NCBI RefSeq assembly: GCF_009914755.1
Contig: NC_060925.1
Length of the DNA stretch: 64,000 nucleotides
DNA from: the human T2T-CHM13v2.0 reference genome, Homo sapiens
Strand: one strand, 5' to 3'
The position numbers and the translations under genes are program-made. Numbering within the stretch: the stretch's first letter is position 1; every line of letters starts with the position of its first letter. Below are positions 30,701 to 45,622 of the stretch, piece after piece. The notes under the pieces were generated by a model, which made no database searches, was not told the origin of the DNA, and saw only the letters and a list, made by a program, of their open reading frames with translations.

Positions 30701-31337
30701 GCAATTCTGGAATGGGTCCCCCCATAAAACATGACTGTGCATTCCTAGAAAAGCTCTTTGAGATCATCTGCATTTTGTAGATGGAAAGTTGAGGCCCAGA
30801 GAGGAGACAAGGAAGTGCACAGAGAGTGTCAGCTTCAGAGCTCACTCCATCTCCTGACCCAGATGGGATCTGATGCCCTTACCTGTCTTTTTGGCAGCCT
30901 CTCATGGGAGCTATAACACAGGCCCACACCACCACATCACTGGACATTCCCGCCTGTGAGATGCAGCCGTTTCTCTTTCCCAGCAAGTCATTCTGGAATA
31001 TCTCGCAGTACATGGACAAGATCCAGCCATCTAGGAAGGCTGATGGGAGGAAGCCCTAACAATGAACAAATGTGCAGGGAAAACCCCCAGTGATTCCCCA
31101 AATGAGCTGAAGCAAAGCAAACCTTCCGGACCTCATGCTTCACTGAGCAGGCAGATTGTCTGAGCAGGACCAGGTGATGAGGAAAAGCAGGATGGTATAA
31201 CTTGCAATTCCTGAGACAAGCTTTGAAGCAGAAGCCCAGGTGCAGTCATTACATTACTAGGAATATCACTTACCTTCCTCTGTGTGCCAGCAGCCCATGA
31301 GGGGAAAGAAGGAGCACTGTGCAGAAGTGCCCTCTAA

Positions 31338-31678
<341 letters not shown>

Positions 31679-32516
31679 ACATGTGGCTTGTTAAAGATCT
31701 TACTTTGTGTTAACAATGACCACACCAATTCCAGCATCCTGCACAGACTCATATTGACCTCCTGTGGCCACCTGTCCAGCATCCCAGGAGGCTCTGCTGG
31801 CTAGCTTGGATTTCCTCCTAGCTAACCCTTTAGCTCTCCGATCCTCAGCAGACCGAGGCCTGATATCATCCTTACCTCCCAGTTAGCTCCTCTCCTCTGA
31901 AGGGGGAAGCCAGGAGCAGGGAGAGCACAGTCTACGGGCCAATGCCGGGGCACCCCTTCCCAATTAGCCAGAGCCTCATCCCTGAAAACATCTTCAGCCT
32001 GCTGGCGAGTGCAGCCTGGTGTGATGCTATACCCATATTCCCTAGCTTGTATGGTTACCTGACTGCCAAGAGCCAGCATCCTATTGGTCTAGTGAGTCTA
32101 CACCAGGTGGCCAAGTGAGTGGCAAAGAACAGAGAAAAAATATGAAGCTACAGTAAAAATGGTCCAGACAACTTTGAAGACAGACAGGAAACAGGGCATC
32201 CAGAGGACTTTCAGATGCAGGGTATAAGCACATGCAGCAGCATTATATGTATCGTCAGTGCCAGCTAATTCAGGCGAGGCAGTTTCTTCTCAAGAGGCTA
32301 AGAAAGGAAGACAATTACCTTTCTGGTGTTCTCCTCACAGCTTACCACCAAGAGCCTTCTGGGGATCTGGCATGTTGAAAATGCTCTAGCCGGTTCTACC
32401 TCCCTACCTTTGGTCATTTTCTTTTCCTGCCTGGCATCCTCTCTGACCTTTCCCTTAACTCTTATCCATAGTTAATGTTCCAGCTCATTTTACACCTTCT
32501 TTCCCACAAAGCTTTC

Positions 32517-33455
32517 TGCCTTAGTTTGAGTTACTCAGAAAACAAAAGCCTGAGTCAGAGACCCAGATGCTGGTCATTTACTTGAGAACAATCCCAAGAA
32601 GCAGAAGTGAGAGTGTGTGATGAGTGAAATGGGAAAGGAAAAACCAATATAAGGTATATTGTCAAGGTCGCCATTGCCAGGACCTCCTGAGAAATGTAAG
32701 GCATGCCTTCCACAATTATCCACCAGTTGTATAGGAAACTGGAGCATTTATCCATAGGCTTCTTCACTCCTTGTTCCCCTTCCCTTGTTCCTGAATGAGG
32801 GTTGCCCCCACAGTACTGTCTTAGTTTATTTAGGTTGTCCTAGAAGCAGAGCCTGAGACAAGGATTCGAGTGAAAGTCATTTAAGAGGTGATGCAAGGAA
32901 GCACCTGTAGGAGAGTGGGAACTTGATAGTGTGAAGGAAGGAAGCCAATCAAGGGTGTGAGAGCAGGCAAGTTACCACTATAGGCAGCTGGAGCTGAATC
33001 CTGCTGGGGAGCTGCCAGTGTAGAAACATGCCTCAGATTTATCCCTGCAGAGAGATTGGCTGGAGGGACTTTATCCACCACTTTCATAAGTCATCACTTG
33101 AGGTTTATGCCATGGGTTGGGGGTGGGAGTTTAATTTCCTGGCACTTCCTTCATTCCCAGCATATAGACAGAGTGGGGTCTTGCTGTCAGAGAGAGCCTG
33201 CAGGCAAAGATTTACAGCTACTCACCCATTGGAAGTAAAGTGTATAGACTTTACTCTCTACAAACTAGAAAACATAGGTGTAACATCTCCCCCAGGTTGT
33301 GCCCTCCAGCAGGCTGAAGATGCTCCCAGGGTCCTGAAGGAAGAAGCTGAAAGACAGGGACTCTGGCAGAGGGAAGTGATTCTGAACTGCCTACAACTGT
33401 AGTTGAAGTTAGAGGTGGGTGAAGGGCAAGGGCAAATGGAGCACCAAGGGTGTGT
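32517..33455 (-). mobile_element. LTR16-like (ERVL) LTR fragments; two starts, at ~32517 and ~32817
   Basis: agaaaacaaaagcctgag and cctagaagcagagcctgagacaaggattc motifs. Confidence 0.6.
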
Positions 33456-33780
33456 CTAACACCATCACTGACTATGCCAAGCCACACTGATTGTTTCTGT
33501 CCTTCCTCTGAGCACCCTTTTTTTAGTATCCTTAGACATGCATAGGTTGCCCTATATATACATGTAAGTTGAGCACTTGAAAGTAGAATGCAAACTTTTG
33601 GGATTAAGGCTCTGTGACTTAGCCTTTTTAGCACTTAGCAGAAAGTTTTGTATCCAACTATAACTGTCTACTTTTGCAAGAAAATTGAAGCATTCATCAT
33701 GATCTCCCTCCCTCCCCTATCTATAAAGTTATCTTCATATTTATGTTATATATATGAAGTTACTTCATATATATGATGTA

Positions 33781-33782
<2 letters not shown>

Positions 33783-33838
<56 letters not shown>
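33783..33838. repeat. (TA)n microsatellite with palindromic flanks
   Basis: TA run with one cac interruption. Confidence 0.95.
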
Positions 33839-33841
<3 letters not shown>

Positions 33842-34989
33842 GTTATCTTCATGTCTTACATCTGTTACTCCTATCTTGGAAATAACAAGAAAGAGGTTTC
33901 TCCTTTCGCTGATTAAGGTAAACCCATCTATCTGCTCATGTTTTCTATGCCATTGATTTCACTCCTCTTCTGGGAATCCTCACTCCTTTAGTTATCTCTT
34001 CTTGCAAATTGTCTGTGTAGCAGGTATGTGGGCCAAGTGGTGGTCCTGAAATCTGGACCATCCTACTCCATTTCTTCTTTGCTTGAAGCCTCAGAGTAGC
34101 TGAAGAAACAAACCCTTGGGATAAACTGCAGGATCTGTAGTGAGCAATCAGCTGTGGCTCTACCAGGGCAACCAAAAAACCTGCATTCCATCTAGCTTGG
34201 CAAGGGACTCCATTCTGTATGATCAATTGTGTAATATTAGACTGGGAAAGGGGGCACCTGCTTTCTCCTTCCCTTCAGTCCTGACAGGGTGAGGAAAAAC
34301 AGAGCTCGTGGGATAGGAATGAAGCGTGAAAATGCCCTAGTCATGCCCAACACACGTTCTGTCCTCAGCTTCCCTCTCTAATTCCAAGGCCTGCCATTCC
34401 CTAATACCCAGCTTAGCTTTCAGAAAATAAACTGCTCCTTGTCAAAATCATTTGAATTCCTTTACAATATAGAACGTTCCTGTTGACCTCCATGGAATCT
34501 AGAAAATTAAATGCCTCAAAGATGCGGAACATGGATTGGAGAACTACAATAATATTTTTGCCATGTTTTCTGCCTCCTGAAATCCTTTTGGGAACATAGT
34601 TGGAATAAATAACCCTACATAACTTAAAAACAATTCATTCATGGCACTTCTCTTGACCCATTCTATCTTTTCCCCCTGTCTGATTCCTACTTCCCTTCTT
34701 GCCACAGGCCTTCATGTTAATGAGTTTGAAATATGTCCTTAAATATTTATGCTTACTTGTAAAATATGTAGTGTTGGCTTGGGTGTGTATATGTCTTTAA
34801 CTTATATAAATCATATGGTATTATAAATTTCATTCTGTGTCTTTTGTGACTCAATGCTAGAGATTTGGGAGGTGAAATGAGGTAGTGTTTGTTTAATCTT
34901 TTTTTCATTTGAAACACATCACACATATGAAAGAGTGCATGAACTTTAAAACCCTCGTGTATGGTCATCCCTGATATCATCTCCCCCTC

Positions 34990-36125
<1,136 letters not shown>

Positions 36126-37565
36126 TCAAGGCCTTATTCATGTTATTTGCCTTCTCTGAAACTTGATTTGTGAAATAATTTTGTCCCGAGGGTTTCATGG
36201 GGGTTACATGTAATAAGAGTGTACGAAAGAGCCTAGCAAAGTACATCACACATAATTGGCACTCAGTATATGTTAGTTCATCCACTGGAACATAGTTCTA
36301 GTTCTATATTTTGAGGCTGTTAGGTATTTGCAAGTAACTTAGTTTTTAACAGGAAATATTTAGTCCGTGTTATTTATATGCTGGACATTTTGTAAATGTT
36401 TTATTCTTCACAAACCATGTAAGGTAAATAATATTATCATTACCATTGTACAGAAGAGGTAATTTAGACTCAGAAAGAATAAGTTACTTACCTTGGGTAA
36501 CACACACTAAAGGGCAGTGCCATTATTATATTTGCTATATGCCTTTCTACCTAGACTGTGAAATACCTTATGGGAGGATCTGCATTCAAAGAATGGCAAG
36601 AATCCTATAGCGCTGGAAAATAAACTATATCTGTAGGTGTGTGGTGTGAATTTGAGGATGTGGTAAACGGGAAAAGATAAAAGTGGTCTACTTATTGCTT
36701 TTCACTTTGCAGAGCATATAATATGATTTCCCATGGTACATATCCTCCATTCATTCCCTCAGACCTGACTCAGAGTCTCTTAAAACCACCCATTCCCCTA
36801 AGTGTCTACCTTGAGCCCACTGCCTTCCTGATTTGCATCCTAAAGACAGTTGCCCATAATTTAACTAACCACATTGTTCCTCTCCAAGGAATTCCACATC
36901 CAGTGGAACATTGCTCCAGTCGTAAGGTAACGGGACGCCAGAGACTATCTTCCTGTCAGAATCTTGAGTCACCCAGGGCACACGTGTCAACAGGGTTTAA
37001 AGCTTTGTTTGTTTGCCTCCCCAGACAGACGTTGAAACAGAATCTCCCACCACCAAACTGCCTAGACAACCAAGCAACTCGGTAACCACTTACTAAAGCT
37101 AACAGTCTTTTGGCATTCAGTTTCCCACCAGATGAATTATAGCATAGTGTACAGTGAATTCATTCAGATCACTGAATGTTAAATGTGGAGGCCCTTAGTA
37201 ATTACCTAGACACCATTGTAGCAGGAAGGGAACAAAATGCAAAGAATGAATGCAAGCAAATCCCTTTACCTTAAATGTACATCATGGGTTGAAGGATCTA
37301 GTATTACTGAGTTTCCCTCATCTACAAAATGAAGATTTAAAATATCTATCCTTCCTACATCATAGGGTTGTTGTGAGAATCAAATTCAATAATAAATAAT
37401 ATCCATGCCTCTGTGATGACCTGCTTTAAACCAAGTATAAAGTTGTATATGTAAGAGAAGGAGAGCAAATGCAAATGTGTTGAATTAGTCAAGAAATCTA
37501 AAAAATTCAATTTTAAGTAAATTGTCCCATAAAATGCATAACTAAATATTACAGATTTGGACATT

Positions 37566-37864
37566 GCTATTGTTTGAATATGATTTGTCCCCACCAAAAC
37601 TCATGTTGAAGCTTGGTCTCCAATGTGGCAGTGCTGAGAAAGAATATCTTTAGGAGGTGATTAGTTCATTAAGAGGGATTAGTGCCTTTCTTGTGGGAGT
37701 GAGTTTTCATCTCTCACAGGTTATCATCAGAAGCGGACCAGATGCCTGGCCCTGGATCTGGGACCTCCCAGCCTCCAGAATTATGAGCGGCATAAGCTTC
37801 TTTCCTTTATAAATTACCAAATCTCAGGTATCCTGTTAAACCAACAGACAATTGACTAAGACAG
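37566..37864 (+). mobile_element. MST-type MaLR solo LTR with an internal deletion
   Basis: tgctattgtttgaata...ccccaccaaaactcatgttg...ccagcctccagaa...gactaagaca. Confidence 0.85.
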
Positions 37865-38493
37865 GTATGTGTTTTTTGTATTGGATAGACAATATGGAGC
37901 AAGTACACAGGGCATGCGGCTGATTCCACAAAAAAAAGGGCCAGTAATTCTGTTTTAAGTTGTGTCTACATAGAACATAAGGACCATTATTCTACAATAT
38001 TCCAAGATGTCATCAACAATAATTTCTTGAAATAAAGCTTTTGATATTATTGAGAAACAACAAGTTCAAGACTATACTTTATATAAATTGTTACAATAAA
38101 GTTTGTTTTGTCTTTTGCTGCTTAACTTACAACCCCATAACAATAGCAACTAATTGTGTAGGTTGGCTTGAAGGTTCCTCTGGCAAATGTGCCAAGGCTT
38201 GCTTGCATAGCCACACTCAGCTAAAGATCTGCCTGGGCTGGAAGTTGGCGTCATTCACAAGTCTGGGAGAGGCTATTGGCTATCAGTTGGGGTGCCTGAG
38301 TTCTTCTCCATGTGGCCTCTCACCTTCTAGGTGACTGGACTGACTTTCCTAGATGCCTTCTCAGGGCAGCCATCCAAGAGGACAAAGGAAGAAGCAGCAA
38401 GGTCTTGCAAGGCTTAGTTTCAGAAGTCACATAAATTTACTTCTGCCAATTCTATTTAGAAAAGTGATTCACTAGGATGTCCAGATTCAATAA

Positions 38494-38793
<300 letters not shown>

Positions 38794-39011
38794 CAATAAC
38801 ATGCTTTTTTAAAACAAAGGTCCATCTCTGGATGGGAGAGCCAGAAATGTTACATTGAAAAGGGAGCATGCATGCATACTGGGAGGAGAGGAATTTGTGG
38901 CCATTAAACAATCTATAGATTCTGCCCTCTTGCCACAAATTATTCATATTCCTCCCACATGTAAAATACTCTCACATCCAAACTAAGACCTCCAAAAGTC
39001 TAATCCCAATT

Positions 39012-39506
39012 ATTTCAGTTACCTATTGCTTCATAACAAATAATTCCAAAATGTAGCTGCCCTTGTTAAAATTGAACAATAACCATGTATTATCTTTCAC
39101 TGTTCTGTTAGTCAAAAATTCAGGAGGTGAGTGCTTCTCTCTTAGGGTGTCCCACAAAGTTTCAGTCAAAATGTCAGCCACGAAGTTTCAGTCAAAATGT
39201 CCCATGTGAAGGCTTGAATAGGACTGGAGGACCCACTATCCAGAAGGCTCACTCACGTGGTTGTGGACAAGACACTTCCATTCCTCTCTAAGTCGACCTC
39301 CCTGTAAGGTTGGAAGTTGGCTTTCCCAGAGTGAGTGATATGACAGAGAGCAAAGAAAAATCTAAAGTGTCATTTGTGGCCTTGCTTTGAAAGACAGACA
39401 TAGTTTTTTCTCTAGTAGTTCGTTAACTACCAAGGCCAGCCCTATTCAGTATGGGAGGACACTATAAAACTCCATAGGAGGCCATTTTGGAGGTTTGTTA
39501 TCTCAT
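39012..39506 (-). mobile_element. MLT1F-like LTR nested in the MLT1 internal region
   Basis: cagttacctattgcttcataacaaataattccaaaatgtag...ggccattttggagg. Confidence 0.6.
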
Positions 39507-41034
39507 AGATTATGGCATCAAGTTCAAAGTCCAGAATTTTATGATGTTCTTCAGGTCTGTATGTAAATGAAGTTTCTTAAGTGTGGGTTTCAGGCACAGC
39601 AAATCTTGAACAGTAGCAACTCCAGAGCCCTGTAAATTAAAAAGACAAGGTATCTTTCCCAGGCACACCCAACATATAACACTGAGTTAGGGGAAAATGA
39701 TCTACAAAAGACAATCCCATTCCTAATGGGATAATGGGAGACACATAGAAGTCACTAACTCTTAGCAGTCTTGAAATTTAGATGTCGCATTTGTCAGGCT
39801 TCCTGCATTGAGAGCAGAAAATGTTCTTCGATTGGAAACAGGTTCTTTACCCCTGGAGTGGGCTCATTCTTCTCCTCGAATCTTCACCTTGCTCTCTGAG
39901 CTCTTTGTCTAGCTTTCTAAAAGGCTCTTCTTTTTCTAAAGGAAATGAATCTTGCTTGTATCTGAGTAGCTTTCTCAAGAAGCCTGTGTGCTCTGCTTCT
40001 CACAAGCCTCTTGTCATGTGAACTGTCTTCATCCCTTTCAGTTCAAGGTACCAAAATTCAGGTTACTAATTCTATTGCAACATAATTCTTTTAAAATCTT
40101 TGTGGTTCTCCCCTTTCATCTTAACAGCACTTACTCCAAGTGCCCAAAAGCCAAATCCACAATTCTTTTTTTGAGACAGACCTCTATCCACTTTAGAAAA
40201 GTTAGGCTTCTTTGGGACAATGCCACTGAGATGATTAGAAGTTTTTTTTTCTAGCTAAAAGGATTAGGCATCTTAAATCTTATGAGATCTTAACAAAAGA
40301 TATTATAGCTACACCTTTGGTTTGATCTGATCTTTGCCCTGAAGCCATTTTTTACTTTGATAATCTTTTGCCAGCTGGAGAGACATAAAGTATAAAACAG
40401 TTTTATTTTCCAACCCAGCAAGTACTTGTTCTCTTACATTTTCTCTTAATTCTGCTTGCAAATGCTACAGTTCTTTAATTAGCTAATCTCTCTTTTCATA
40501 CTGTATTATATGGAGTTAAAGTTAAAAATTTAGTATTTTTATCCTTCTGCTTGAATCTTTCTTTAGACCGATCCAACAAGTTCAATCGGTACTTTTTTTT
40601 ATCTTCCAAATTACTATAATTCTGCCAGTTTATACCAAGGTTGTCCCCCACCTCTTTTTTGTCTTCAATCACAGTTTCCTTTCTGCTCCTCTAACTTCTC
40701 TTCTCTCTTCTCTTTCCAGCCCCTATCCACCATCTGGTTCCAAAGCCAATGTCATAGCTGAGATTTTTGTTATGGCAGCATTATACTTCTAGTTACCAAT
40801 TCACTTTAGTTTTCTATTTCTGTATAACAAATCAACCGAGAGTTAGTGGCTTAAAATAGCAGTAATTCATGATTTCTCATAATTTTATGTTTTGGCTAGA
40901 TGATTCTTCTGGTAGTTTTGGAGGGGTTCATTCATACGGGTGCATTCAGCAGGATTGCTGGCTGAGCTAGAAGGTCTAGGGTGACCTCACTTACATGTAC
41001 AGCATTTGGTGCTGGCTGTCAGCTAAGGATAGGC

Positions 41035-41246
41035 CAGTATTTATCAAATGGGGGAAATTATGCCTCCATGGGACATTTGGCTATTTATAGAAACATTTTT
41101 TTATGGCCACAACTGGGTCAGGTTACTTGTATCTAGTGGGCAAAGGCCAGAGATATTAACATACATGCTACAATGCCCAGGACAGTCCCCCACAAAAATA
41201 AGTTATCTGGCCCAAAACGTCAATAGAGCTAAGGTTGAGAAACCTT
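41035..41246 (+). mobile_element. MER20 (hAT-Charlie)
   Basis: gggacatttggc...tctagtgggcaaaggccag...caatagagctaaggttgagaaacc. Confidence 0.88.
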
Positions 41247-41514
41247 GTGATAAATGTTTTTATATGCATTATCTTCTTTAATCTTCACAATTACCCTATT
41301 AGACAAGTTAGATTCTTAAGTAACTTAAACAAGATCACACAATTAGTAAAGGGCAGAGTTGGGACTTATATATTCTGAGCTCTTAACCAGTATATACTAT
41401 ATGGTGTGCATTCCACCCAGATTGTTAATCTAAGATTGATTTGCTAAATACCAAAACCACACCCAGGCAATAGTCTAATTCTCCACCATTTATTTCTTCT
41501 TTGATCTTTTCCTT

Positions 41515-42095
41515 TCTAGCTTAATGGCTTTCCTAGAAACAGAGCCTGAGGTAAGTATTGAATGCTAATGCTTTATTTAGGAGGTATGTTTTTATGGCTG
41601 CAAAATTGAGCGAAAAGGGAAGCGAGGCAGTTTGAAGCAGAACTATAAACGTAAGGTGTTGCATTTCAGCAGGGGCATCAGTCTACCTATATGAGATATT
41701 TCCACATGGGCTGTTCCGGGAGGAACATGCTCCTTGGTTCAGTCTATTGCATGGAGGAATGGAAATGTGTCTGCCAGCTCCTTCACATCTCCTAAATTCC
41801 ATTGCTCAAACTTTACCTTCCAGAGATTTAACTCCCCCACAATCCTAAGTTGCATCACCTGGCTCCTATAGCAGCTGCTCAGGAAGCCAGGTCTCGTGCC
41901 CGCAGCTTGGTCTTTGTATGAGTCCAAAAGTGTTGTGAGCCACTATTGATTTCAGGAGTGATGTTGGTTGGCCTTAGGAAGTTTAACACTGTGAGTTATC
42001 ACAGAATCAGACTGCTGCAGCAGCTGGGGTAGAATAAGCAATCTGGGATTCAAAAGGCAGGTAAGGCCAAGAGACTCTGAGGTGGGACATAAGAT
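41515..42095 (-). mobile_element. LTR33-like (ERVL) solo LTR
   Basis: agagcctgagg...atgctttatt; tctgccagctcc...ccattgctcaaactttacc...ttaactcccccac. Confidence 0.6.
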
Positions 42096-42177
42096 GTGTC
42101 TGATCCATTCTTCAACATGACTCACTACTCCCATGCACCGTCATCGAAAGGAAACCTTTCTGGCTTGGAAGAGCTGG

Positions 42178-42720
42178 TGTATCAGTTGAGATTCATTAAG
42201 CTTAAAGAAGCAGAAAACCTAAATGAAACTGGCTAAGATAATGAGGAAAGAAGGGAAGTTATTGGCTTACATGCCTACGAGTCCAGAAGGTCAGCAGGTT
42301 TCAGATTTGACGGCTCCACTGTCCTGAAGTTCTTTTGACTCAGTCTTTCTCCACAGGCCAACTTTCTATTCAGGCTATCACTAAAATGGCTGCAGCAACT
42401 CTAGGCCATTAGTGCACACATGACCACATTCCAATATCCAGAGGAAGACAGAAACTATCTCTTCATTTGCTTCTTTCTTACAAATGAAGAAACGTTTCCT
42501 AAAGGGTGCCTCAGCCAACATCCCCTTGCAGCTCTCATTGCCCAAGCTGGGTGATACATTCATTCCTTAACAATCCTCATTACAGGGATTCTAAACACTT
42601 TGATTGGCTGGGGCCTGGGCTCCTGAACCAATCACTGTGAAGAAAGATGGATCACCATGACTGCTTAACCCAATGGGGACCCACCTCCTGCACTGGGGTA
42701 ATCCTCAAACTGCATGACAA
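42178..42720 (-). mobile_element. MLT1J/K-like LTR
   Basis: tgtatcagtt...agaaaacc...aaactggct; ctcattgcccaagctggg; gaaccaatcactgtg. Confidence 0.6.
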
Positions 42721-43394
42721 CCACAAAATGCAAGGGGGTGGGGAGGTGGACTTGGTGTTAAAGAGAAAACCACACTGTCGACAAGAGCCAGACTTCAAAA
42801 GCATCTAAAGAAACAAAGACAAAGCTGCCATCATCATTTGTTAGTAGACAGTTGTCATGGAGTGGGGATTGACTCACTTTAAGCAAAGTAGGTTTCAGCC
42901 AGTCTGTGTAGTTCTCCATGACTCTTACTGTTTCTTTCACTGGGACTCTCTATTCCCCATCCCTGCCTTTGATAGTGCATCTCATCCCTAAGCTTATTCC
43001 AAAAGCCTTCCTTGTTGTTTCACAGCCAGAAAACACAGGCTGAGTGATATATAAAAGCTTTGGAATTAGTAGCAATTTTAGAAATCTAGATCAGGGTTTT
43101 TCAAACTCCATGGCTCTGGAGAGCTCTCTCAGTTGTGAAACTTGTAGGGCTGAAAAGAAGAGCTAAGTAGTCGAGGCTCTAGGCCTCCTAAACCCCCCAA
43201 CCAAAGCAGCTGTAAATTCCTTTATTTTGCGTAGCTATATAGCTTTATTCAAGATTAATTTTTATTCAGGGGATTAAAAATCAAATCCCCTTATTATAAA
43301 AATGAGAAAACTGAAGCTCAAAGAGAGGGGTGGAAGCGTGTGTTGAAGGTCATGGTGCTTATCTGTACCTCCTCCTCAGGACACCTATGCTAAC

Positions 43395-43820
43395 ATTTGA
43401 AAAGTTTCACCTGTGCCTCATGAGCCCTCTCTTCTCCAGAATCAGTGGCCCCAGCTTCTTCAAATCTCACTCCAGTGAAGAGATTCTAAGCCATCTCACC
43501 AATTCATTGTTCAACTCCTTGTTAAAATCACTTCACTTCAAGTGTAGTGCCAAGAAATAATCATGATGAGTCAAATGCATCTGAGCAGCAGAGAGAAGAG
43601 CAGGACTGCCCTATGTCCCATCAGAATGTTGCACTCTTAATAATATAGCCAGGGATCACATTAGCTAGTTGGCAGGCACAGAACACCATTGCCTCATACT
43701 GTCCGTTAAAACTCTTAAGATGTTTTTACAAGCTGCTGCAAAGACTGTTCTCCTCATCCTGTTCCTATCCTCTTGTTTACTTAGACTCAATTGCAGGGTT
43801 TAACATGTATTTCATTTATT
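43395..43820 (-). mobile_element. L3/CR1 LINE fragment
   Basis: ctcttctccaga...cccagcttcttcaa; cactcttaataatatagcc...cacattagct...cctcatactg. Confidence 0.6.
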
Positions 43821-43979
43821 CTAAAATTCCACAATTCTAAGTGCCCACCGTGTGCATTTCTGGGCATTCCATGAGCACATGGAGAATTCTAGGACAGGAG
43901 GAGCAAATTCAGCTACCTTGAGGAGCCAGGCAGGTAGGGACAGAAGTCATATAAATAAATGAAGATGGCCAGGTATAGT

Positions 43980-44267
43980 TCAAATTTGTGAGCTATGAAG
44001 TCTGGTTAAAGGAGAACTAGGCCTCATCTAAAGAAATAGCTTTATTCAGCCTCAGCTAGCCATTGCCATGCAAGAATCAAGTCCAGAGTTGCTAGATCTT
44101 ATGATTTAAAAAAAAAAAAATCTGGAAATGTGGATGTTGATTGGAAATATCCAGTCTTTTAAATGTTGGCCACTAACTCTCAAAGTTCTAATACACTCTA
44201 TTGGCCAAACAAAACACATCTGCAGGCTGAGTTCAGGCCATGAACTTCAAATTTACAAACTTTGCCC
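43980..44267. mobile_element. MER103C-like hAT element; related copy in opposite orientation at ~62680-62960
   Basis: gttgctagatcttatgatt...aaatgttggccactaa...ggccaaacaaaacacatctgcagg. Confidence 0.55.
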
Positions 44268-44592
44268 TGTGAGGATGAGGGAGTTGGGCGGCACTAGTTA
44301 ATGAGACAAAAATATAAAAATGACTCGTGTTATCTTGGAATTAATAGCACAACATTTATTTTTAATATTACCCTATTAATCATACGCTTGAACTTTTTAA
44401 AGCTGGAAAGAATCTCTGGGATTATATTGTTTAATCCTCTTGTTTTATAAAAAAGGAATCTATGATTCACAGAGGAGAAATGAGTTGGATTTTAATTAAA
44501 TGAATCCAAATGAATTCATGAAATGAATAAAAAAATTCAAGTTCTTAGAAATTGAGGAGATAATTGGTACATTAGCTCCTCAAACCTTAGTC

Positions 44593-44842
44593 CATGGTTT
44601 CTCAATCTAAGCATTATTGACATTTTGGACTGGATAATTCTTTGTTGTGTGTGTGGGTGGGGTGGAGGGGGAAGAGTTGTTTTGTGCATTGTGGGATGTT
44701 TAGTACCATCCGTGGGCTCTACCTACTAGAAGTCAATAGCACACTCCTGCAAGTTATCAGTGGCAAATGAAGGCAAGAATGTTTTTAGATATTACAAAGT
44801 GTCCCTGAGGGACAAAATTGCCACTGCCCTTGAAAATCACTA
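44593..44842 (-). mobile_element. MER20
   Basis: ggtttctcaatct...attgacattttggactggataattctttgttgt...ggacaaaattgcc...ttgaaaatcact. Confidence 0.88.
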
Positions 44843-45054
44843 TACCCTCTTCCAATCCCTTTGTCTTATGGTTGAGAGGACTCAGAAAACTCGAGAGCTT
44901 TCCTCAAAGTCACATGGGGAATTATTGGCATTGCTGGTACCAACACTTGAATCTCATCTTAACTCCTTCTAGAGTGCTCTATTAACAAAAGCCTGCAAAT
45001 ATGAGCCACAATTTGATCAGTAAGTTTTGTAAAACTGCATATTTTAAATTAAGA

Positions 45055-45250
45055 GGCAGCATGGCATAATGGTGAAAAGCATGGATTCCATGACTGACAA
45101 ATCTGCATTTGGTTCTCAGCTCTTCTACTTACTTGCTTTGTGACATTGACCAAATTAACCTCTCTGAATGTTTGTTTACCACCTCACCTGAAAAATGAGT
45201 GGTAAAATGTATATAGTGCTTGTCACAAGATAGGGATTCATCAAATGGAA
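45055..45250 (+). mobile_element. MIR
   Basis: gcagcatggcataatggtgaaaagcatggattcc...ctcagctcttctacttacttgctttgtgac. Confidence 0.75.
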
Positions 45251-45295
45251 GTTGTTGTTATTATTATTATTATTATTACTATTATTTAACTGGAC

Positions 45296-45622
45296 CTGGA
45301 GTCAGTAAACTGTAGCCCACAAACTGAATTTGGCCTGCCTGTTTTTGAATAGCCTGTGAGCTAAGAAGTTTTACATTTTTAAACGGTTAAAAAATTTTAA
45401 AATAACAATGCCATTTTATGGTACATGAAAGTCATGTGAAATTCAAAGATCAGGGCTCATAACTAAAGTTTTATTGGAACACAGCCACGTATTCATATGC
45501 ACGTAGTCCATGGTTGCTTTCATGTAAAAGCAGCAGAGTCAAGTTGTTGCAACAGAGATCAGCTGATGGGCAAAGACTAAAATATTTATTGCCTGGCCCT
45601 TTACAGAAAGATTACCAGTCTC
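45296..45622 (+). mobile_element. MER58B (hAT-Charlie)
   Basis: gtcagtaaactgtagccc...taaagttttattggaacacagccac...aaaatatttattgcctggccctttacagaaa. Confidence 0.85.
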
